A stretch of 64,000 nt of DNA from Chlorokybus atmophyticus. Its lineage: Eukaryota; Plantae; Mesostigma and Chlorokybus algae. The stretch covers positions 791,537 to 855,536 of the forward strand of contig RHPI01001037.1 of assembly GCA_009103225.1 (NCBI GenBank). The letters are read 5' to 3'. Positions 54,548-64,000 of this stretch are shown one piece after another. The notes beneath the pieces were generated by a model that saw only the letters and a list, made by a program, of their open reading frames with translations, had not been told where the DNA came from and made no database searches. The number at the start of each line of letters is the position of its first letter. Position 1 is the stretch's first letter. Made by a program: the position numbers and the translations under genes.

Positions 54548-54849
54548 TTATTTACGACCGGGGTCTACCTATACTAGCCGTCATCCCTTACTCATGATGT
54601 AGGACGATTAGACCGCCCCCACAATATGTTCCTTCGTATAGCATCATGCATTGTGTCACAATACATTAGACATGGTAACACAGCACCAGCCATACCTCCA
54701 CCGGTGGTATGCGTGCAAACCGTCAAGCATGCCCCTATATAGTTATACAGTTACTAGTCAGCGGCATTGAAAGCCTATGCTTGATGGTAACCTAGCACCT
54801 AAATAGTTGGTGTTCTCCACCTGCGCCGAGCCGGCAAATGCCCTGCGCT

Positions 54850-56461
54850 TCACTGTTTGCTCTCACTACCCGGCTGCCAACTTTCCGGCTGAAAGTCGTC
54901 TCCTTTGCCGGCCTGCTCTGCGCCAGGCGGTTGCCACACACCTGGTACGAAGCCCGCTCCTCGCCCGCGAGGCTCTGATTGAGGTGTATTTCCTGCGCAT
55001 TGGTTGCATATAAGTCTTTTTGCTGCTTGTGAGCACAAGAACTCTCACAAAGCATAGCAGCATACCTCTTGAAGTCTGCTCCTGCGATGCGTGCTGTAGT
55101 GGTCTGCGCTGTGGTTCTGCATGCAACATATGTCATGGAGGCTAACACGAACTGACAAGTGTAACAAGTTAGTTGTACATTATCACACTGCCTACCTGGA
55201 GAGCCTGCCTCCAGTTGCTCCATGACATATGCCATGCTCATTGGCCCCTCTGCGCGAACATGGGTCAGGGAAAACCAAAAGGCACACCCAGAATACGTGA
55301 CTTGGGTTGACCACGCACCTGCAGCACGCTGGCGAAGTCCTAAACTGGCAGCCTGAAACCGTCGCTTCTCTTCTTCTTGAGCCAAAACTGCAGTAGCGTA
55401 CAACAAGACTCATGAGCCCATGAGCACGACCTACCAGTCTCTGCTGCGCATGCACGCTATAACAGCATGTGTCTGTGCGTAACCAACTGGACAACACAGG
55501 CAAGGGGCATACCTGCTGCTTTCTCTAGCGTTGACCTACGTCGCAGCTCCATCTCCATTATTTCCTGCAAGTTCAACCGATCAATGTTGTTACCATAGGT
55601 ACGAGCGTATTTGCAACCTGTGCAGCAGTTGAGACAAGCTCGAACAAGTTATACCTCTGGCGTTGGTGGCATTTGGCGGGAACCATTGAGCCAACTATTC
55701 CACTCCACTGCTCAGATTCAATATTATTTTTGTCAGTGTGAGAGCGCGATCCCACCACACTAACTTGCAAAGAAAGCACGCTGGCGCTGACATGACGGCG
55801 GGTGATAAAATATAGCATCCTGTATAGGCGTACCCTATGCGGATCAAACAACCCTGACATGTAACCTCACCTGGAAGGGAGGACGGCTCATAGTCGCCCT
55901 TGAATTCTACCCATCTCTTCTCGACGGCTGCATTCATGTACCACTTAGCCACAGAAACATCTGAACTGCGGTCAGCCACAGAGCTGACATTCTGTTGCGT
56001 GCAAAGCAACAACAGCATTGCAAAGCAACCTGTGACTTTCAAGACAAACCAACTCGACATTCCCAATAACTAACTGGTGCATGCATAGCAACATCAGCAT
56101 TTAATACCAAGTAATTTATCATTTTCATGACAAAGCAACTTGATGATCCCAATACAATGCATTTAACAGAAGGATTCTGTAGACGGTGCATTGGACGGTG
56201 TCCAACAATCAGCATGATGTGCGATGCCGAGCACGTGTTCAAACTCAGCGAGGGAGCACCGCCGAGGTATGTTGCACGTAATACAACTCAATTACTTGAC
56301 GCTAGGCATGCATGTCACGACCAGCATGCACTCATCCACGCACCATTTCCGTCCACAACATGCGGCCCCTGGTAGTACTGATTCCCGTGCTTGTCGGACC
56401 CTACCAGCCTCTGCTCCTTGCCGACAAGCTTCCGCAGGCCCCTGACCACCCTCGCAAGCAT
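54850..56461 (-). CDS. NDUFAF2: Complex I assembly factor NDUFAF2 (mimitin; NDUFA12 family)
   Basis: GKEQRLVGSDKHGNQYY; EKRWVEFKGDYEPSSLP; VEWNSWLNGSRQMPPTPE; C-terminal GDDFQPESWQPG, matching the family's terminal FQPxSW motif; six or more small exons. Confidence 0.88.
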
Positions 56462-56543
56462 CCCCAAAACACCGTAGCACCACCCCACACCACCACCCCA
56501 CACCAGCAACCACCTCACCGCCACCGCCGCCCAAGCTTAGTCC

Positions 56544-56552
56544 AAACCCTAA
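56544..56552 (+). promoter_or_regulatory. Telo-box AAACCCTAA
   Basis: Exact match between the divergent NDUFAF2 and FAP starts; a variant aagccctaa follows at ~56561. Confidence 0.6.
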
Positions 56553-56807
56553 TGTATCATAAGCCCTAATCCACCTCAGCAAAAAGGAAAAAGCAGGAAA
56601 AGGGCAGAACATTACTGACCAGAGATCTGTTTTGCCCGAGCGAGAGAATCTCACTGGCTGCCACGCCACCGTCGAAACGGAACCTTTGTGAATCACTGGT
56701 GAACTGTCACGAGCGGGCGGCAGCAGCTTTAGTTCACTACTTCAGTTCACTGACTCACGGTGTGTGTGTGAATCAAAGCACCTGACGCTTTATCACAGCT
56801 GACCAGC

Positions 56808-58106
56808 ATGGCGGGTGTGGTGTCAGTGGCAGTGTTTGGCGGGAGGGCGGCGGCGGTGCTGCCGGGGTGCCACGTGGCGAGTTGCGGGGCTGGGCCGACT
56901 GGAAGGGGGCAGGAGCATTGCCAGCGTCATCGTCCGGCTGCGCTGCGTTCGGCGTTTTGCGGTGCGGAGCTGAGAGCTGCAAGTGCTGCCTGCTCCTCCT
57001 CTCACAGGGCCGCTGCGGCTGTGGTGACGGCAGCCTCCGCCGCCGCCACTGAGATGGCTACCGGCGACGTGGTGGAACCACAGACAGGCCTGCATTTGCC
57101 CACGGTGAGCAAGAGAATGTGGTTTGCTGTGCATTTCCCTTGCTGGCATTGCCATGCATGCATGCAAGCTGGTTGCTATACATTCCGCTGCAGCTGACTG
57201 GCTACGGGAATGCTGTCACGTCAAAGTGTGTGTCACGCATGTTTCGTCATGCATGTGATCCTCATGTAACGTGTGCTGAGGTTGTGGATGCCGTTTGCTG
57301 GATGCCCAGAGCCTGTATGACTGCAAGCTGGAGGGTTACGGCTGCAGGAGCAAGAAGGTAGTGCTGATCAACATCAAGGCGTACGCCATTGGGTTGTACC
57401 TTGATGAGGAAGCGCTGAAGAGCGCCATCGGCGACAAGTACAGGGGCAAGTCGGCGGAGGACCTGAAGAAGAGCTCCGAGTTCTACTCCGACGTGAGCTC
57501 TGTGGACATCAACAAGGCCACCAGGCTCAACATTGCCTACGGCGGCATCAAGGGTTCGGACATTGCAAATGCATTCAATGAGCGGCTTGTCCCTGCGATG
57601 CAGTCGCCGCAGGAGAAGGCTGACCTCGCCACGTTCCAATCCTACTTCAGCAATGTCAAGCTGCAGCATGGTTCTCTCATTGACTTCTCATGGGCCAAGG
57701 GCTACGTGCTGGACACATACCTTGACAGCAACAAGGCAAGTTGAACATGGCATGCGGGCGTGAATGGATGACATGTGTAGTGTTCTGCCATTGCTTGCAG
57801 CTTGGCTGCGACAAGGTTGTGGCTTATGGTTGTTGTCAGCAACTGTGCAGTGAACAGCACATCTGTAATGTGTCCCAGCAGCGATATATGTCAGTATATA
57901 GCTGCCGTGACATGTATGCTGGGCTTAACAGGGCGATGCTGCTCCAGTAAAATCTGACCACATTGCCGTCCTCTTTTGTGCAGCTGGGAACTATCACCTC
58001 CGAATCACTGTGCAAGAACCTCTTCATTGCGTGGTATGGAGACAGTTCTTCTGTCCCAGACGCGAAGCAGCGGTTGGCAGACAGCCTTGCCCAGGTGCTG
58101 GGTTAG
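56808..58106 (+). CDS. Chalcone-isomerase-fold fatty-acid-binding protein (FAP3-like), plastid-targeted
   Basis: Transit peptide; VVEPQTGLHLP; GYGCRSKKVVLINIKAYAIGLY; LATFQSYF; ITSESLCKNLFIAWYGDSSSVPDAKQRLADSLA. Confidence 0.88.
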
Positions 58107-60210
58107 TATGTAAAGAGCATTCAGGTGTGGTTGTGCAAGCAGTGAGTGAACATTTTTGCAGCCACATGCTGTGCAGGCAGCAGGTGTGCAGTTGGTATAA
58201 TAGTGGTCTGACTATATTGCGAGGTGATCGATTACGTATACATTGCTTGCAAGTCCATGTTGTTGAGAACCAAATTGGTATTCGCGGACCAAGTTTGGGT
58301 GATATTGATATACCTCTGTGGTTATGCACATCTGTAATGTTTTGGGTTGAAGAAAGAGTACAACAGTTACACACAAGTTCACAAACCTTTGCGACAAATC
58401 TGTCGGCATGCATGCATTTCGCACCTCTACCGGTAACCTTTTGTATAGAATATGCATTGTAGTCATTCCTGTAAACAAGAAGCATTGTTTCGATAGAGTT
58501 GTATTTTCAAATGTTGTGTAGGGTAAGTGTACCATTCTTCGGACACTTTTTGCCGATAAGCTTCGACTGAACGGTATACGCCACCATTTAGGGTGCCGTC
58601 ACATCGGAAAATCATGTACATGAACCGGCGCAACTTTCTGTCCAATTTGTGGTTCATTTGGAGCAGTGTAGCGCCGGCTATGGCCTGGCACAAAACGGCG
58701 GCAGCACAGCCGGGCATCAGCTGTACTGTTTCTCAACTTCGGACGACCGATGCCCACTGGCAAGAATAGCCGCCGGTTGCAACGCGCGATATGGAGAAGT
58801 ACGATTCCCATCAGATCAGGCACGGCGGCGGGTCACAAAAACAGTGTCGCGCACTGCTAACGGGCATGGCCGAGCTCGGTCGTCGTCCAAAATCACGAAA
58901 TAACCGAAGTTAGGTACACTTACCCTATGGCAAGTCTGCACTGTTACAGCACCCAACTTTTGCAACGCACAGCTTGTGAGTGCCTAACTAGTGGACTAAC
59001 CGAGTTAATGGCCCCACACTGTAGCTATCTGACCTACTGCCTATGTAGGTCCCTCAAAGCCTCTATAGCCCCACTGGAAGCGTTGGAGACTTACCCCCTA
59101 GGGCTAGGCGCCGGGTCTTACCCCCTAGCACACCAGTTAACGGGGAAGAATATGGACCTTTTTCCTTATTTGCTCCTTCATGCAATTACATGCATTACTT
59201 TTACAGCCACGTTTCCTAGTTATCTTTATTTCTTTCATGCATTGGACAGCCATTTAGCCTTTTAAGATCAGCGATAGGCATAGTAAAAAAGGCAGTCTCA
59301 TTTCCATTTCATTTCGTGCTTCTAGCAGTTGCTCAAGTTGCACCCCTGCTAATATAAGTCCTTTGTGACAAGTGTTTTGCTTGTGTATTTGCATGCGCGT
59401 GTGAGTGACACTGTGCATGTTGTTGTGCTCATTCTGCATACTTTTATGCATATATTTGAGCTGCTTATCAACGTGGGGATGTGGGTTGGACGGTCCAGAT
59501 CTTCTGATATTTGATCCAACGGCTCCATTCTTATCTACACCGCCCAGCCTATCAGAAGGCTGCTTCCGGCAATGCGCGCGAGTTCCGCGCATTTGTCGGT
59601 TCTCGACCGGACTTTGCCGGTCGCGACCGGCGTCCTTGGATCATTTGATTATTTGAGCTGCATAAACGCTTATTTAGGTAAATGTTTGAGGGATTCTTAC
59701 CCTCTATTCTCTTAGCTCTTATCCTTACTACCATACCACAGAGGGTGGGTCCACAGGGTTTCTGTGGACGGCCCCTCACTTCCTACAAGCTCGTCTGCTA
59801 CGATCCCAGCCGGTTGTTAACGCTGCTAGTCCAGTAGGCTACAGTCTACCCTCGCTGTAATCACCCCCGTTCTTATGACACCCTCGCAATAGTGACCATT
59901 ATTTTACATACCGATTTACATCAGGCAAACTCAACCCCTTATAATGACTATCACACTCGCTGTAATGACCAGTGGCGCTAGTAGGGAGCGTCACTACAGC
60001 GAGGGTAATATGTATAGATTGCATTGGTTATGGCTGCTTGTAACAGGAGTTAGGGGCGCCAGTGCCGCGGGAGCGACCGCGGCGGCGGCGGCCGCTGCAG
60101 CGGCGGCAGGGTGGCGGCGCTACTGCGGCGTCACTGGTTGTGAGTGTCATCATGTGTGGCAACCCCAGCCCCTCACATTAGCCGCACATCTAGGTGACGG
60201 CAGTGATACA

Positions 60211-60250
<40 letters not shown>

Positions 60251-60255
<5 letters not shown>

Positions 60256-60930
60256 AGGACATGTGCGCACATGTCCTGACACGCGTGTGCAGCTTGTCAC
60301 AATGTGGAAACAATTCTATTTATGAGTACTACAACTTGTTATTGTTTGCAACTATTGCAATGACATTTATACCAACATCGCACTGCTGATCAGTGTGCAG
60401 TGTGCACGTTGTTTGCATTTTGCTTGCATTGTCGTTAGTTGCAGCAGCCGACACACAGAGCATGTGCACACTGCGGCATGCTTGCCCAATATTGCTTGGC
60501 TATTAGTGTACATTGCTTGCACAGATGTGTGGTCAATTGTGCTGCGTGCAAACACATGCATGCACGTGCATCAAGCCGTTATGCATGCAGATGTCAGGAC
60601 ATGTGCGTACATGTTTTGCTGCACGTGTGAAGCTTGTCACAATGTGGAAAAAACACTGGTTATGAGTGATACTACAACTTTGTACTGTTTGCACTATTGC
60701 AATGGCATGTTTACCAACATCGCATCCTGTTTATTGTGTGTGTTCCCTCGTGCAGGTTGTCTGCATGTTGCGTGCATCGTTGAATGTAGCAGCCGACGCA
60801 CAGCATGTGCACACTGCTGCATGCTTGCGAATCATTGCTTTGCTATTCATGTACATTGCTTGCACAACTGTGTGGTCTTGTGCTGCGTGCAAACACATGC
60901 ACGTGCATGAAGCCGTTATGCACGCAAGTG
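60251..60930. repeat. ~340-bp tandem duplication inside the transposon leader, first copy starting with a 32-bp perfect palindrome and preceded by (GT)n
   Basis: Units start at tgtcaggacatgtgcg (~60252 and ~60592) and share the order cttgtcacaatgtggaaa, accaacatcgca, gcagccgac, gtacattgcttgcaca, aagccgttatgca. Confidence 0.88.
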
Positions 60931-60953
60931 CATTCACGTATGTGCTTATGCAG

Positions 60954-62888
60954 ATGGCAGATCGGAAGCGCGTGCATCTGAGCGCGCTAGAGAAGAAGCA
61001 GATATGTGAGTTGCACGACAAGTATCCAGACTACTCTCACGACAGGCTGGCACGCGAGGCCACCAACAAGTTGAAGAAGGCAATCAAGCGCAACACCCTG
61101 TCCGTTATCCTTTCAGGCAAAGAGAAATGGTTATGAGTTGACAAGGCAAAAAAGCATGCAGCAGCCAAAATGACAGAGCGCAGTGCACGCTATGAGCGCC
61201 TAGAGCAAGCATTATTCTTGTGGTTCCAACAAGTGAGTACTTGATAGTCTCTTACTGCAATTTGCTGATTGCACACTTGCATGCATGCGTGTACATGCAT
61301 GCACTTCAACACACTTGCATACACTTTCAGTCAGTAGTCTTGTGCTGCCAGTTGCTGACTGCATATTGCATAAGCGTATTCATGCGTGCACATGCATACA
61401 ATTGCATGCACGTGCCAATTGAATGTGCTATGTCAACATTTGCGGAAGCGTAATGCAAATGTGGACATCTCGGATGTCATTCTGACTGGACAAGCCATTA
61501 AGATAAGAGATGAGATGCACATCGACGAGGCAGCGTTCAAGGCGTCCTTCGGCTGGTTGGACAAGTTTAAGAAAAGTAAGGCGTGTGTTGGATGGTGGCT
61601 ACCTCGTGTATCATTAAGATTTGCTACTGAGCATGTTGTGTTGTTAGGCATGGCATGAGATGTGCTTCAAATACCAAGGTGAATCCGCTGATGCCGACGA
61701 AGAAGGGGTCGCCAGGGCGCGAGAGAAGTTGCCGCTGGTCTTGGACGAGCTTCGTGCAACGCCAGAAACCAAATACAACTTTGATGAGGCTGGTCTGCAA
61801 ATACGACAAACACCAGACCGCACATTGGCCACCGAACAAGTGCGAGGCCGAAAGAAGTGCAAAGAGCACGTCACGCTGGGCTTCGTCGTCAATGTAGATG
61901 GCACATGCAAGGAACGCATCGTCTTCATTCACAAGTATGCAAGACCACGCTGCTTTGGCAACATCTTCAATCCACTTTAATTTGTGGACTACTACAACAA
62001 CGCCTCGGCATGGATGACCACCAAGTTCTTCCTACATTGGTTGAAGAAGCTCAATGCACGCATGTCAATGGCGGAGAAGCACATTGTGCTGCTGCTGGAC
62101 AACGCATCAAGTCACATCTTGCCGGACGCTCATGTAGAGAAAGGAGAGCTTCATGGGCTGAACGTTGCGAGGTTTACACATGTGACGCTGGTTTATCTCC
62201 CTCCTGACACCACCTCTATTCAGCCATTTGATCAAGGCATCATCGCGTGCTTCAAGGTTCCATACAGGAAGTTGCTGGTTGAGTGGCGGCTTTCACAAAG
62301 TGAGGAGGCCTCCACCCAAGTCTCAAACCTCAAAGCTAACATCAAGCAAGTCTTGTATTGGGCAGTGAGTGCATAGGAATCGGTGGAGCAACAAACCATT
62401 CGCAATTGCTGGAGAAAGGTGAGGGTTCTTCCAGCATCATGGGACGCCGACATTCGTGAGGCCGATGAGCGATCCACAACACGCCTGGAAAAGGAGGACG
62501 TCGAAGAGCTCGCTGCACTCATTGATTGCCTCGACATTAAAGACAAGTTGACGGCGGAAGAGTATGTCAACTTGGTGGAAGAAGATAAAGTTAAGGCGGA
62601 GTTGAGTGTGGAAGAGCTGGTGGAGATGGTGACAGAGCCCGATTGACCACGATGGAGGAAGAGGATCACGACAACATTGATGTTGACAACATTCCCCCAC
62701 CGTGCGTTCCGCTACAAGAAGCTCGTGTGATAGCTAGCCGTCTACAAGTGTTCATTGATGACAATGCATACACATTCACACCATGTGATGCTCTAGACAT
62801 GCAGCGCATCATTGCCAAGACGTTGCGCGCATTAGCCGTCAACACAACACGCGCGAGGCAAACGGACATTCGTTCATTTGGTGGTTAG
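60954..62888 (+). pseudogene. pogo DDD transposase (HTH_psq-like + CENP-B HTH + DDE_1), two introns, inactivated
   Basis: MADRKRVHLSALEKKQIC; LEQALFLWFQQ; FKASFGWLDKFKK; NFDEAGL; KERIVFIHKYARPRCF; AWMTTKFF; LLLDNASSH; LPPDTTSIQPFDQGIIACFK; TIRNCWRK. Stops at 61134, 61978 and 62374; frameshifts near 61650 and 62643. Confidence 0.93.
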
Positions 62889-64000
62889 AGGGGTGTATTG
62901 TTGTCAAGTATTAATTGAGAGCTTGAGTTGAGGCATCACATACAAAGCTCTTTATGTTCATGCATGTTTGCATTTGAACATGACTTGATTGCAAGCAACA
63001 CCATCAACTCATCTCGCTGCAGTGACCAGTTGTCACTACATAGAGCACAACCCAGCAGTTGGCTCAAACCTCGCTATAACGACCAACTGTCACTACATAG
63101 TATACTTACGTTCCAGTGACTGCTGGTCTCTACATCGAAGAAATGACACCTCTGTGTAGTGACAAAACGGCCCAAAACATCCGTGGTCACTACATCGAGG
63201 GTAGACTGTACTTCGACTGGCTGATTGCAAAGGTGCGGTGCACAGCCATGTGTCCTCATGTCGTCACAACACTGTTCAAACGCGTACTGCATGACGTCAT
63301 ACGCAACCATCCATTCTGCCAGCATGACAATACGGTGTAACCACCCGTACCGACTGCTCTATAGTCATAAAGGCAGTCGCGGCCGTGGTCTCGCAGTCGA
63401 AGCTAATCATTGACACGGCCCCCTTCCGGATATGACAGCATCGCCGGACTTTGCGTCAACTATAGTCCGGTAGTCTTGCCCGTAAGTCGGTCGCATGCTC
63501 CCTACGTGGATAGTCATCTGACTGGCGTAGTGCCGGCCTCGACTCCAAAAGTCGCACTGCGCGACACGTCTCAATGCGGCGCTCAAGGCATAACGCCACG
63601 CGTGGTGTTTTATTATGTTTGATGTCATCCAGGATAGATATCAGCAAGCAGTTCCTATCTCAGGTAGCTGAAGCGGCGACGCATTAGAGGCAATTGGGAT
63701 GTGGACACTGTTGCACAGTGTCAAAAGGGAAAGAATAAAAGGCGTGACCAGTGCGGGAGCAGTACGGTTCAGTGAAGCAGCAGCGTGTTTCGAGAGGAAA
63801 GAGTGCTGCCGCCGCCGACTACGACGACAACGCCCTGCACCTGCGTGTCTCGAGCCTTGCACAGGTGCGTGTGTGAGAGAGGTTGGGTCGGTGTTGGGTC
63901 GGTGTCGGCTGCCATGCCTTGGTCGCTCTCTTGCATTATGGCGGATTCTGCGAGGGCGTGGCCTGTTGCTGTCGCTGTTGGTGGCGGTGTCATGGTGGTT

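Larger units (their letters stand above)
59842..63208 (+). mobile_element. Full-length pogo/Tigger-type DNA transposon (3367 bp)
   Basis: 24-bp TIRs cagtctaccctcgctgtaatcacc (59842-59865) and ggtcactacatcgagggtagactg (63185-63208), 3 mismatches; TA on both flanks (59840-59841, 63209-63210); repeated subterminal motifs; internal transposase. Confidence 0.93.

Noticed and set aside
58260-58420. Possible Crypton/tyrosine-recombinase remnant (WYSRTKFG...KFTN)
   Set aside because: No HSxR catalytic motif or downstream His/Tyr; the resemblance could be chance.
61134-62376. Stop-codon reassignment or readthrough in the transposase
   Set aside because: All three stop types plus frameshifts occur, and host genes use the standard code; ordinary decay explains it.
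63915-64000. Possible gene start at the window edge (MPWSLSCIMADSARAWPV...)
   Set aside because: Too short and truncated to support.

Overview
Eukaryotic nuclear scaffold with short GT-AG introns, TGCA/CATG-rich intron bodies and four N gaps. The gene content (ANGUSTIFOLIA, QWRF/AUG8, plastid NTT, CHI-fold FAP, plus the flagellar gene GAS8/DRC4) points to a flagellate-stage, early-diverging streptophyte alga such as a Chlorokybus/Mesostigma-type organism; this placement is inference. About 16 spliced protein-coding genes can be reconstructed: a TAP-like ABCB half transporter, AUG8/QWRF, two DUF1294 paralogs, prolyl 4-hydroxylase, a UIM/coiled-coil protein, a WW-DEAD-box helicase, a fused ALKBH8-TRM9, ANGUSTIFOLIA, AP-4 epsilon, an ATP/ADP transporter, GAS8, a KLC-type TPR protein, an orphan with a glycine-rich membrane hairpin, NDUFAF2 and a FAP3-like protein. 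Most are arranged as head-to-head pairs, four of which have an exact telo-box (AAACCCTAA) between the starts. Mobile DNA: one full-length, intron-containing but pseudogenised pogo/Tigger element with TIRs and TA target duplication (59842-63208), and older pogo remnants at 33.5-36.5 kb that the ORF track does not show. No rRNA, tRNA or CRISPR array was seen. Gene models and exon boundaries were inferred by eye, and family assignments come from recalled motifs, not from database searches.
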